DNA of 64,000 bases, from contig OZ024741.1 of assembly GCA_964016885.1 (NCBI GenBank), forward strand, positions 294,748,001 through 294,812,000, in the 5' to 3' direction. Within the stretch, counting starts at the first letter, position 1. The number at the start of each line of letters is the position of its first letter. The position numbers and the translations under genes are program-made. A model generated the notes under the pieces. That model was not told the origin of the DNA and did no database searches. It saw only the letters and a program-made list of their open reading frames with translations. Below are positions 11,958 through 25,341 of the stretch, in pieces. Origin of the DNA: Eledone cirrhosa. Its lineage: Eukaryota.

Positions 11958-14524
11958 AAACAAAGCATATGAGCAGGACCTAGTCACCTGATCAGTCTGT
12001 TATGTAATTATACATCTTCAGAGACGATCACTTCAGACAATTCTCACCTGTATTTTTAGTGTTGTAATTTTTTGATACATTGCCATGTAGGCTTTTGGCG
12101 ATTAATTATTAATTACTAGGTGGATATATGATATTCAACTGCACTTGTTTTGTTAGCATTGTTGAAGGCATGGCTTTATTCTTGCCATTAGTTCAAATTG
12201 CTTCCTATGCATCCAATCTTTGTTCTCATCACCTCCACCTTGCTTAATGGGCTCACTAACATTGAGGGCACTCCTGGTTTATCAGGTAGCAATCATCCTA
12301 TGGTGTATGTTATAACTGGTTGATTGACACTTGATGTGGAAAACAGTCGTTCATTTTGGTATATGGCCAGTCATTGAACCAAATATGTCGAATAGGAGTT
12401 CATCACAATGAGATTTACTTAGTGTAAATGTCAGACTGTCTTTCATATTTAAAATAGTTAAGTTAACTTTGTTTGATATGAAAAAAGTAGATTTTTGACT
12501 ACCAATTGCATACTTACCACCAAAAAAGTTTAATGTATTTCCAACTTGTGTATGTTCATGCACACACACTACTTCTTATCCTTTCTCTGGAACTTGTTCA
12601 AATTATATGAGACAATGTAAAATTCTGTTGTAGATATAAATGTGAAAGGTAATAGTTTTTTTTGTTAATGTCATTTGGGAGTTATGAAGTACATTTCTAT
12701 TCCCGTATTCTCTTTAAATAATATATGACTGATTCTAGTATTTAGTATCTTCATACTTTCATCTTATCTTCTTATATTAATGGTACTAAGGGAACAAAAT
12801 AATTAGATCATTAGTAGATTTTGTCTGAATTCCTGAGATGAGAAATTGTCATTATTATAAACTGATATATTTGGACTATTGTCATCATCTTTGTGGTTAT
12901 AGTCACTATGGTTTAGCTATTCTAACTTCTGGCCTTCTTCAGGTGTCTCTTATACTCAGTAATGATTTCAAACCAAACAAACATTTTATTCAAACCAAGG
13001 GGGAAGGGTGTAAATTGTTCTTATTCTGTTGTACACACCCACAATATCCCTGTATTTGTTACTTAGATTCTTTTTAAAGTTTTTATCTTCAGAGTTGTAT
13101 AAATAACATTAAAAATTGTTTATAATTCTTACAGAATGAAAATATAAACACATATAATAAATATAATTAATTATTACTAGGAACTTTACAAATTTAATGC
13201 ACAAAAATATATGATTAAAACGAGAGAAAAAGAAAGGAAAAAATACAAGCAAACAAAAATAACCATCAATTCACCACCAAATGCAGCAATCAGCCACACA
13301 CCACAAGGGTCAACGGAATATTTTGAGGCAAGCCAACATGCTCACAGCATTACTACAGGTGATTTTACTTGTGATGTCACGTATTTGTTCTACTTAATAT
13401 GAGGAGATACTGGGTATAGTCAATGGAATAAGAACAATCTACACTCTTAGTTTGTATAAAGGGTTTAGTTTGAAATACTGAGAACATTACCAAAGTCAAC
13501 AGATGCTTGAAGGAGGCCAGAAGTTATAACAGCCAAAACATAACAGCCAATGTGAAGTCACTCTTTCGAATACATCAGTTTATAACAGCACTTGTAAATC
13601 TATGTAGACACACACATGCACATGATATGGAAATTATTTACTTTTTTAACCTTTCTGATACTGGTTCTATGAAGCAAAATCAATTTTAAAAGCTTCCATA
13701 TTAAATTAAAATCTCCCAGCATAAGTTTATATAAGAACTACTGTATATGTTAAGTTACTCAGTAAGGAAATAATTTATAATTTTAGTTAAATCCACAAAA
13801 TTCTTCATTAATGAATGGAAATAGAATTAGAAATATTGTCACAAAAGGGTAAGTATATTTTTCTTATTACAAAGCCCTTTCAAAAATAAGAAGGGACTAT
13901 TCTATTGCTTAAACCTATCTTAAATGTACATTAAGGTAAAACAATTGGCAATGGAGCATATATATATTTGGGATAAATTGCAATGTGAAAAATCTGGACA
14001 TTTATTCCATCTAGACATTTCCTTGTTCATATATTTTTCTACAAGGAAAATAAAACAGCATAGATAATTCAATATTTTATTGTAAGTTCAACGATAATAT
14101 GTGTATATAATATACATATTTGAGGCTGCATGTGCTGTATATATGCACCTATTGTTAGTTTAGTGGTAGTATGTGTATATATTATATACACACACATATA
14201 TTTACTGTTAGTTCAGTGATAGTATGTGTATATAATATAAACATTTGAAGGTATGTGGGTTGTATATAGACACATCTCTATTTAGATAAATTGCTCCATT
14301 AGTTTAAATAGATGTTGTGGTGGACATTTGTAGTGGAAGCATTGGTAATTTATAGTTGAAATGAAGAGGTTCCGATTATCAATAAGAATCAGGAGAAATC
14401 AGCACATAAGCCAAAGGCAATGTAAGGGAATTTAAATAACCTTTCCAGAACTATAATTCATGTAGCCCTTAACCAGCAGGACATAAATATATTACTCTTA
14501 TTCAGCCTCAAATGATAGTGTATG

Positions 14525-14578
<54 letters not shown>

Positions 14579-14747
14579 CTATTTGTGTAACTATTGAGCT
14601 ATAGGAAGTTTGAATTTGTAAGAAGCATCAAAGATTTTGACAATGAAAAATATTCTAAGTTGTGTATATAAACCTTGGAAAACCTAAGGAAAAAAAGGTG
14701 AAATCGAAAATGAAACTGGAGTCTTTTTAAGAATATTTATTTGGTTC

Positions 14748-14783
14748 CTTTACCGGTTTCGCAGTTCTTGTGCTTTTCAAAAG
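14748..14783 (-). ncRNA. Minimal hammerhead with U3-A8 core, in a dispersed ~135-bp repeat (about 14692-14823)
   Basis: CTT-TTGAAAA-GCA caagaac TGC-GAAACCGGTA-AAG, with palindromic ACCGGT stem III. Confidence 0.6.
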
Positions 14784-15187
14784 TTGAATTGAGATGGAGG
14801 GTTTGTGGTTTTTCTCGCATCTGTGGTTTTTCGCATATATATATATATGCGGTTTTTCTCGCATATATATATATCCTTATTCTAGTCCTGTAGAAGCTAT
14901 TTCTTTATTGAATAATGTTGTTTACACTCTCTACTAATGTATTGAGTACCTTTTTAACTGTGGTTTCCCCTGATTTCACCAAGGATTTACATATATATAT
15001 ATATATTGTATATTAGCAAATTGAGCAATAAAAAATCTGAAACTGCTTTATTCTACTTGAGTACACAATTACAGCACTATACATACCATAATTGTGATTC
15101 CACTCAATGAAATAAACATCTGAAATTTAAGACTATTTAATGATATATAATAATCTATATTGGTTATTGATTGTGAACAATGTTCAA

Positions 15188-15414
15188 CCCTTTTGTTACA
15201 AATCCGGTCAAAACCAGCTCTGTTTCAATGAAATAAACAACCCATTCTAAAGGTTTCCTATTTCAATTAAAATATTCCAACATAATTTTATAAAAGAACC
15301 TTACATTAATTTACTCTCTTAGTAATGATATAATTTATAATTTTGGTAAATCCCTCAAAATTCTTCATTAATTAATGAAAATAGTGTTTTATTAGAAATA
15401 CAGCCATGAAAGGG
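15188..15414. mobile_element. TTAA-type MITE, second copy
   Basis: TCAA|CCCTTT...AAAGGG|TTAA. A third, internally deleted copy lies at 13650-13849. Confidence 0.68.
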
Positions 15415-17770
15415 TTAAATCCTTTCCATGTTTAACCTGCCTGATTTTATGAGTTACCATTATTAAACATTTACAAATAAAATGAAGTTTCCATCATACA
15501 GACAAAAAAAAATAGAATACATACCAAACCCCCAATTTTACATATTAAAATTGGCTTGGTGCAAGTAATTGGAATTATACAAGTATTAGATTCAACAAAT
15601 CTTATCACCCTCATTTTACATACATTTTCCACACTGGCATGTGTTAGACAGGTCTGAGACCAAACATATTGGAGTGATCTCATCTTGCTCATACATTACA
15701 TACTTGGCTTAGTTTCTATGGCTGGATGCCCTTCCTAACATAACCACTTTAGAGTGTTTACTGAGTGTATTGTTTTGCATTACCAGTAAAACCACTATAT
15801 GCAGTGACATCAAATACTTTTTAATAGAAAACTGTTCTGATAACAACCTCATGTCTTTAAAGTTGAGAAACTTTGATGAATTTTGCGCCAGTAAGGATAT
15901 TTAAATACCTTTGTTAAAAATATAGTTCTCAATGTCAAAGGGATAAAACTAAAAAGCCCAGCAAAGGGCACAAATAAATTGCTACAGCCATCGCTGGTGA
16001 GATCCCCTGCTGTGGGGTGCCCAGGACAATTGCTCCCTTTGTCCCCCAATAAATCCAGCCCTGCAACTAATTCCTTTTATCTCTAGGTTTTCTCTCAATT
16101 CATACCTGATTCTTTCTTTGTAGCGAACAGAGCATGTTTGCTTCATTACTTTCCATCCTTTGCATATCCTCTGTGTTCAATGCCCATATTTTACTACCTT
16201 GCAACATTCTACTTTGTATGCAGGCATCATACAATATTTATGTAACTGAAAAATCTATACCATTGTTTTCTTGAGAAGATACCTATGATAGGTTTCAGTT
16301 CTATTTCATAAATTTCTGTAACTGAAGAATAGGTAATGTTCTTTTTGTTGCTATTTGTTTTGTAGTTCTGGGGAAAGTTAACTCCTGCAGGTTAGTATTC
16401 TATTGAGTAGGTTTTGTCTTTCATCTGCTTAATGTTACAGAAGCAAAGCGTAGTCTATCGTTGCCTTATGGGTTCTTCCAATTCTTCAAAAGACTGACTA
16501 ACTACCTAGATTAATTTCTCCATTTGTAAGAATTATTAGTTTTCCTCCTGAAAATATCAATCTATTCTTGATAATATCTATATTTAGTTGAGAGAACATT
16601 GCCTCTCCCTGCCCGTCATCTTTTGATTAGTTTAGCTACCACTTCTGTTATATATCAATTGTAGTTAATTAGCTGAAATCAGTCAGCAGTAATATATTAT
16701 CAAATTTTACTCTGTGATTGCTTTTGTCAATATGTCATCTTCATAAGATTTGTTATATAATAAATTTGTTTCTTATAAAGGCCAGTTAGCATTGGAAACA
16801 TCAAATTCTATCAGATGATCACATCAAGCAATATTTTACTTAACCTAAAAGTTGGTAACCAATTACAATTTCAATCTAGTTAGTATTTATATAACATCTA
16901 GACTGCAATCTCATTTTTCAATTTTGAATTGCAATACTTTTGTATTAGATGAGTTTATAGTTTGTAATTTACCATCAAAAGCAATATTTCGAATATTACA
17001 TTATTTTAAACTTCATAGTCAATAAGATTTAGCCAACCAAATATTCAAATCTATTACAATATTTCAATTAATTTTACTTTTTTCATAAAGGTTAACATCT
17101 ATGATTTTTAATATTATCACCATTATCATCATCAGTAATACCAACACCATGTGAGGTGACTTGCAGAATTAGTGTTGGACAAAATGCCACATGATATTTA
17201 TTTCAGTTCTTTACCTTCTGAGTTCAAATACCACATTGTTCAACTTCCTTTTTAATTCTTCTGTGGGTTAATAAAATAAAGTGCTAGTCAAATACTGGTG
17301 TTGAATTAATTGATTGTCCCCATCTTTTCAAATTTGTGGCTTTGTGCTTATATTAAGATTATTATTATCACCGTTTTAGCCCTTTTGACCAATAGAAAAA
17401 TAATTATTATCACTATTTTCATGTTTATACAGATTTGTGTGGGATAGATAATCTTGCAGCACAGTGCCTGAGTTTTGTATCATCTTATCTTCGATATTGA
17501 ACATTCTCAGATACTGCCTTAATATTTTCTTCCGAGCCTTCTTTAGTATACTTCTAGAAATACCATCAATTCAAATCATGTTGCTCACTTAAATTGTACA
17601 TAATTCATGTGTAGGTGCAGGCCAAAGAGTTCACTTTATAACAACTTGGTTTCAGGTTGTCTTACTGAATGACACCATGGGCAAGTGTCTTCTACAATAG
17701 CTTTAGGTTGATCAATGCTTTGGAAATGAAATTTGATAGACATAAACTATGTGGAAACTCACCATATCTA

Positions 17771-17849
17771 CAGGGTAGCCCAAACGTCAATAGACCATTT
17801 TATATAAACATATATATATAAAATGGTCTAGTGATGTTTGGGACACATG
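17771..17849. mobile_element. Tc1/mariner-type palindromic MITE with TA duplication
   Basis: TA|cagggtagcccaaacgtcaatagaccattttatata...tatataaaatggtctagtgatgtttgggacacatg|TA. Confidence 0.68.
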
Positions 17850-17874
17850 TATATAGGCACAGACTCAAACATAC

Positions 17875-18367
17875 TTCAAGTAGGCACCTCTTAATAATTT
17901 AATCCACTATACTCCCTTCCATACACCCCCACACCTCTACACCACCCTCCTACTTCTGTCCACACCACCTTTACACTGTAAAGTTATGTTGGTATCAAAA
18001 ATGCATCCAGCCCACACTATAAAGTGGTTGTGTAGGTGTCATGACAAAAAGCACCCAGCCCACACTGTAAGGTGGTCATGTAGGTGTCATGATTAAAAGT
18101 ATCCAACCCACACTGTAAAGTGGTCATGTAGGAGTCATGGTTAATAGCACCCAGCCTACTCTCTAAAGTGGTCATATAGGTGTTGAGACAAGCATCCAGC
18201 CCACACTATAAAGTGGTCATGTAGGAGTCATGACAAAAAGTACCCAGCACTCACTGTAACTGTGGTTGGTGTTAGATATGGTCACCTGCCCCAATTTACC
18301 TCTAATGGCATAACCCATCTAACCCATGTTAGCATGCAAAATGGACGTTAAACAATTATGATGGTGA
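17875..18367 (+). repeat. RTE 3' UTR-derived element with ~6 tandem ~52-bp modules
   Basis: Repeated ccagcccacactgtaaagtggtcatgtaggtgtcatgacaaaaag, then the RTE-type terminus. Related pieces at about 19355-19664, 21516-21730, 25427-25655, 26620-26898 and 61180-61595. Confidence 0.8.
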
Positions 18368-18678
18368 TATATATAAATATGTATATATATATAAATAGAT
18401 ACATACCTGTATGTATTTTTTTGAAATTTGTCATATATCCAGTGCACAATATTTAGTCTATTCTGTTGAAGCTAACACATTTCTTCAGCACTAATCTACC
18501 ATATGCTAGTTACTACCATATACAATTATTACATTTTATACATGTCTTGGTGCAGCTTACTCTCTTCACAAAGAAAACATTTACTATTAACTAATGTAAC
18601 AGCTCCCTGATATTCTTTATCCTTGTTCTTAGGATAGATACTGTACTCTTACCAAAACCATCTGTTGCATTAATTATA

Positions 18679-18855
18679 TAATTGTTTCTACTTTTGGCAC
18701 AAGGCCAGCAATTACCCAGTACATTACTGGTACTTTATTTTATCGACCTCGTAAGGATGAAAGGCAAAGTTAACCTTGGCGGGATTTGAACTCAGATCGT
18801 AAAGGGACGTAACTATGCTGGAAAGCATGTCTGACCCTCTACCAATACTGCCAAC
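18679..18855 (-). mobile_element. SINE family A
   Basis: Reverse complement of family A. Further copies at about 5268-5452 (-), 17150-17365 (+), 48941-49056 (-), 56445-56662 (+) and 59567-59775 (-). Confidence 0.8.
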
Positions 18856-20333
18856 AGAAACTGTGATATCTACATAATAGGCACAGGTATGGCTATGTGA
18901 TTAAGGTAAGTTCACTTTGCAAGAAGGTGATTTTATGTATAAGACCATTGTGTTGCACCTTGAGCAACTGTCTCCTATCCTACTATATATAGTCTTGAGT
19001 TGATCAATGCCTTGTGAGTGAAATTTGGTAAATGAAAACCTGTCAAATATGTGCATGTGTGTAAATGTATTTCTGTCTGTCTGTTTTTGTCTACTCTAAT
19101 TAACAAAAACAATACTGTTTGTTTGTGTCCTGTAACTTAGTATTTTGCCAAAATAAAAATAATTGAAATAAACATCAAACTTTGAATAAATAAGTAGTGG
19201 AGTTGATGTGGTTGACTAATCACTTGAAGGCAGTACCCAAACATCACCACAGTCCAATAACTGAAAACAGTAAAAGAATAAATTATCAACTATATCAAGT
19301 AAGCCCCAGTTTTCATATCATGGCTACATTAGCATTTAAAGTTTTGATTCTATTACTGTAAAGTGGTTGTGTGTGTTATAACAAAAAGCATCCAGCCACA
19401 CTGTAAAGTGGTCATGTAGTTGTCACAACAAAAACCACCCAGTACTCACTGTAAAGTGGTCATGTAGGTGTCATGACAGAAAGCACCCAGCCCACACTGT
19501 AAATATGGTTGGCATTAGGAAGGATGTCCAGTCATAGAAACCAAGCTGAAATCAGTTCTTTATGAGCGAGACATAGTCTTCCAACCTAGCATGTCTCACA
19601 ATGGGACAGCTTGTCTAACCCACGCTAGCATGGAAAATGGATGTTAAGCAGTGATGATGATGATGGCTGCATTCAAAGTACCCAGTGTTAAATTTGTTAA
19701 AGATAATCTATGCAATATGTAGAGAAATCTATGTTTCTGAATATTTTCAAAGAGCATTGAAACCAACTGTGCTCATGTCATTTTAAACATTTGTCTCCAT
19801 TTGATATTCTTTGAATTTATCTATGTTTGAGATAAAGCATTACTTATTTCTTAGCTATGACAGATAATCTACAATCTGTTGTGTGCTGTCACTTTTGACT
19901 AGTTTCCATTATAATCTGTTACTGCTGAGTGTGTCTGTGTGCTTTTATGTGCAAGTCTCACTGTACATTCAAATACAGTATATATTCCTGTGTGCTGAGT
20001 GTGTATGTGCAAGTGTGGCTGTACATTCAAATGCAGTATATATTCCTGTGTATATGTTGCACTGGTAGATAAGTCGCACTTACATTTTATATACAACATT
20101 TACAATGTGTCATGCATTTTGAATTATGGTTTTGTAGGTTCAGTAGATAAATCCCATGCAGATTTTCACATCATATTTTCATGGTAAACAGTATATCTTA
20201 TATTCAAGTATATATGGTATATCTTTTCTCTAATAATATGTAGATATAAAGACTAATTGAATACACATTCAGATCATACCAGAATAAAATAGCCAATTAT
20301 AATTTAGGAAAAACAATATCCTAATTCATCACT

Positions 20334-20518
20334 GTGGATTGGCAGTATCGGTAGAGGATCGGACACCATGCTTTGACACATAGAGTTACGGCCCTTGCCA
20401 TTCTGAGTTCAAATCCCGCCGAGGTTAACTTTGCCTTTCATCCTTAAGGGTCGATAAAATAAAGTACCAGTAATACACTGGGTAATTGCTGGCCTTGTGC
20501 CAAAAGTAGAAACAATTA
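20334..20518 (+). mobile_element. tRNA-derived SINE, family A
   Basis: A box tggcagtatcgg, B box gagttcaaatccc, central gcctttcatcctt..ggtcgataaaataaagtaccagt, 3' ggccttgtgccaaaagtagaaacaatta. Confidence 0.85.
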
Positions 20519-20829
20519 TATCATATTAACATAAAAAAATGGTCCCTAAGTTTTTCCTGTTTAAATTGATGCACAATTAAATATAATAAACATCTTTATG
20601 AAAGATGTTTAAAAAAATCCCCCAAAGCTAAAAGAATATAAATCTTTAAATCTTTACCTGTTCAGAATAAATAGATCCCTAATATATTTGATTTTCACTT
20701 AAGTGATATACATCTTTTTCCTTAAACAATATCCATTAATAACCTCAAAATCATCCATAGCGATTTATCATAAAGACTTTTCTTGACTCTAATAAAAGAT
20801 TACGTTTTATGAATATATATATATAAATA

Positions 20830-20839
20830 TACTTTTTAC

Positions 20840-20871
<32 letters not shown>

Positions 20872-21274
20872 ATGTGTGTGTGTGTGTGTTTATCTTTACT
20901 TAAAATAATTTTAGTTCTTTATATTATATACAATATATTCAGTTTTTTAGTTTTGTTTTATTTTCTAAATCTTATTTCGGATATAAAAGGAAAATATTTC
21001 ATCTTCAGACCTTATTAAAACAAATCTTCATTTTTATATATATATAAGCAAGTATTTTTATATATATATATAAGCAAGTATTGCACAAAGAAAAATGAAG
21101 ATTTGTTTTAATAAGGTCTGAAGATGAAATATTTTCCTTTCATATCCGAAATAAGATTTAGAAAATAAAACAAAACAAAAAAACTGAATATATTGTATAT
21201 AATATAAAGAACTAAAATTATTTTAAGTAAAGACAAACACACACACGCACACACACACACACATGTAAAAAGTA
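20830..21274. repeat. Long inverted repeat (~185-200-bp arms, ~55-bp spacer)
   Basis: 20830-21035 is the reverse complement of 21091-21274 with few mismatches apart from microsatellite length. Confidence 0.85.
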
Positions 21275-24130
21275 AAAGTGGAAACAGGGCGGAAGTATAT
21301 TTAAGCATCTTTTTTCTTTTTCTCTTTAAACTGACAGAATAAGAGTTTTAAAAGTATGTGTAGGGGGGGGGGGGGGGGGGGTAATAAAATATGACCAGTT
21401 TCAATTAGTAGATTCATACTAAAAGAAGTCAAAGATTAAAAGTTCAAAAACTAGAAGTTGAAAAAAGTCTCTCCATTTCTGTGTAATGAGAATATCTGGG
21501 TTTATCTAGGAGAATTCATCATCATCATCATTTTACGTCTGCTTTTCCCTGCTTGCACTGGTGGGACGGGAACTGATTCTGGCTTGCTTTCTACAGCTGG
21601 ATGCCCTTCCTAACACCAACCTCATTTACAGTGAGTGCTGGGTACTTTTTTTCCGTGGTGCCTACACGTCCACTTTACACTGTGGGCTGGGTGCTTTTTT
21701 ACTGTGGCACCTCCACGACCACTTTGCAGTGGAATGATAGGGACCCCAGTCCCTATTATCTCATTTCTACAGCTGAGTAAACTGGAGCAATGTGAAATAA
21801 AGTGTTTTGCTCAAGGAAACAACACATCACCCGGTCTGAGAATTGAACTCACAACCTTTCGATTGCAAGGCCAATGCTCTAACCACTAAGCCATGTGCCT
21901 CCAATTATTTATATATATTGTTCTGTGTGAGTGCAGTAGTGGGATTTCAAGAGTTGGTCAAAATTAAATTTTTTTTTATGAGGTTTCTCTGTGTGTGTAT
22001 TGTGTAAAGTGAATGACAAGTGGTATATAGTAGTCGAAAGGTCAAGGTTTTTTGTGGTTGAAAGGAAGACAGGAAATCAGAATTTGTCAAAGATCTATTT
22101 TAGGAGTAATGGTTATTTTTGAAAAGAAATATTTTTCTTTTGTTTCGTCGTGTATGTGTATGAGAATGTGTGAGGGTGAGTGAGTGAGTGAGTGTGTATG
22201 TGTGTATGTGAGGAAATTAAACAAAGATCCTGGGGCGCGGGGATTTTTGTGATGGTTGTTTTGGGGGAAAAAAAAATAACTCCTTTGCTTTGTGGTGTGT
22301 TTGCATGTGTGTTTGTTTGTTTATGTGTGTGGGGGGAGTCTTTGTGTGTATGTGCATGTGCATGTGTGTGTGTATGCCTGTGTTTGTGTGCAAATGTATC
22401 AGTTTGCTTGTATATGTGTGTTTGGTCCATGAGTCCATTATGGAGGGGTGTCCTTCCTATCACCAACCACTTTACAGAGTATACTGGGTGTGTTTTATTT
22501 TTGCACTTACACTAGAGAGGTTGTCATGCTCTTGCCGCATCTGAAGAAATCTCTCAACATTTTTTGACATAGTTTATACAGCTAGATGCCATTCTTGACA
22601 TCAACCACTTTAGAGTGTACAAGGTGTGTTTTATTGTAGTGCTAGCGGGTTTGTTGATCATTGTCTCATCATTACCTTTGTCCCAAGTGAACCATGTTCT
22701 CTGGATGGGGAAGGTGAATATGAAAGATGGAGAAATATTGAATAGAAGAGGGAGATAAAAAGGATGATTGGCATGAATGACATCAGTATAACTAGGAAAA
22801 AGGAAAGAAGGATAACAAGATGTCATGAGTGTATAGTGAATGTCATGGGCTATAAAGGTGTGATGTGATGAAGAGTAGGAGTGAGAAAGTTTGTCATAGA
22901 TGTATGACAAATGTGTATCAAGTGTGGTGGGATTTAACAAGGGGATGTAGGAGAGAAGGGTGTAATCCCCCCTCCCCTGATAGGGGAGTGATGGCTGAGG
23001 GGTGAGAAGCATGAATGTGTCAGGTCACATTTATATATTATTTTAATACTTGTAGGATCACCTACCAGTATTAAAACAAAACCCTTGCATTGTGTTCATA
23101 CTATTTCTAAGATTTTCTTCATAAAATATATGACATTTATATGAATAATTCTACATATTTACCAATAAAATAGACTATTTACTCAATGAATGTGGATCTG
23201 AGCTACAAAACCATCAATAATTTTACCTAGTTTACTAGACTAAGTTATGAAGCCATTACATTTATGATTGTCTACAAATAATGCCTTAGTCTGGTTCACC
23301 AATCTTGATCTACCTCTCTAACTATTGTGCATATGTCATATGGCAAGAAGATTGATGATTGTATCTGTGTCATCTCAATTTTCAGAGAGTAATTCACTCT
23401 CATCTCCTTTGTTATGAAATTTCCATTATCACTGGAATTCCCTTCCACCATCTCTAATACCATTAACTTGCTAGATATCTCTGTCTATTGACTTCTACTA
23501 TCTCTGTTCAACATTAAGCAACAGACTGCCACTCCTACATTGACCTTTCTCCTCCTTATCCTGTCATCCCCCATCTCAAAGTTACACCAGCTCCAATGTC
23601 CAATTCCTACCCTCACATAGTTAGCACCAACCTGTGGTGATCACTGTTCACCACTAAATTTGAGTTATCATCCAGCAATCTATAAACTCTCCTATGGATT
23701 AATTATTACCAACCACCACTTTCAACAGTTGCTTCAGATTAGGGAATTTACTCTATCAATATTTTAATTCTATATTTCTTAATTCCATCTTCAAGTCATT
23801 CCTTCAGAACTATCTTGAACTTTTCCCAGTATCCGTTAAGGTTAGTTATGGGGAAAATAAAACATAAAACAGTATGGCCACAAAATATTGACTGCACTAT
23901 CAATATACGTGAAGACATATTGATCTATGTCAAACTTCAAAGAGAAATTGAAAAACCTTTTTTTTTTCTACTGGATCTAAACCCAAACTTGAAATATCAT
24001 ATTCTATATATGTAGAGGAGAATGCGGTTAGCCAAATCAATAATGTACCAAACAATATATCAAGACGTCAGCATTACACACACACACACACATATGTGTA
24101 TGTATATATATAAATATATATATATATATA

Positions 24131-24741
24131 TCGTGGCTGCCAACTCGTTTTCGAGTATGGGCACTACTTTGTATCCATGTAGGAGAACCCCTACCGATGC
24201 GCTGAATGAGTGTGAAATTTTAGTCCAGCCAGCGACTTGATGAAAACTCTGGTACAAACTACACTTGTGACAATTATTGACAGATAGTGCTGGGCCCATG
24301 GTACCATGTGACGACAAGTGCAGAGAGATCTCCAGATATAAAGCAATGCCTGTGCCGTGAAGCTTTTATAGTGAGCAAAGGCATTGCACAAAGTCAGTCC
24401 CACTCTCTTAACCAAGATGATATTTACCAAAAAGAACAACAAGTCAACATCATTGGATACCATCAGAGTTGCAGGTGTTATATCAGAGTTTTCCTTCTCC
24501 TAGAATTCTGCCTTGACAAAGGTTAAGGGGTCATCTCTCCCGATGATTTTGGATGGCCATTGACTCTTAAGAGCTCCTTTGCTCTTTGACAGGTTTTGTT
24601 TTTAGTCCTGCAGGATGTCCAAAGTTACCCTCCTCACCAAGAAACCTTGGTGGGGTTGCCAGTTTAGTTGCCAATGACCCAACCATGGGACAGGTTGTAC
24701 TGGGATATATGTTACTAGTAGTACCAACTGGTGACCTGTCC
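24131..24741 (-). mobile_element. ~600-bp non-coding interspersed element, copy 1 (probably RTE 5'-UTR-derived, non-autonomous)
   Basis: Direct tandem with 24754-25341, each copy abutting TA runs. Contains ttttccttctcctag, which I recall from RTE 5' regions (not verified). Confidence 0.6.
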
Positions 24742-24753
24742 GTAATATATATA

Positions 24754-25341
24754 TGGTGGCTGCCAGCTCGGGCCACTACTTTATATCCATGTAGGAGAAC
24801 GCCTACCGATGCGCTGAACGAGTGTGACTTTTTAGTCCAGCCAGCGTATTGAAAACTCTGGTACAAACACTACACTTCTGACAATTATTGACACATAGTG
24901 CTGGGCCCATGGTACCATGTGAGGACAAGTGCAGAGAGATCTCCAGATATAAAGCAATGCCTGTGCCGTGAAGCTTTTATAGTGAGCAAAGGCACTGCAC
25001 AAAGCCAGTCCCACTCTCTTAACCAAGATGATATTTACCAAAAAGAAGAACAAGTCAACATCATTGGATACCATCAGGGTTGCAGGTGTTATATCAGAGT
25101 TTTCCTTCTCCTAGAATTCTGCCTTGACAAAGGCTAAGGGGTCATCTCTCCCGGTGATTTTGGATGGCCATTGACTCTTAAGAGCTCCTTTGCCCTTTGA
25201 CAGGTTTTGTTTTTAGTCCTGCAGGATGTCCAAAGTCACCCTCCTCACCAAGAAACCTTGCCAGTTTAGTCGCCAACGACCCGACCATGAGACAGGTTGT
25301 ACTAGGATACATGTTACCAGTAGCACCAACTGGTGACCTGA
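24754..25341 (-). mobile_element. ~600-bp element, copy 2
   Basis: Highly similar to 24131-24741 with scattered substitutions and small indels. Confidence 0.6.

Noticed and set aside
12517-12624. Minus-strand segment with cag acceptor and gtaagt donor
   Set aside because: Stops in all three frames; a UTR exon cannot be supported from sequence alone.
17960-18280. Regular ~52-bp repeats superficially like a CRISPR array
   Set aside because: No unique spacers, no cas genes, eukaryotic context; they are RTE 3' UTR modules.
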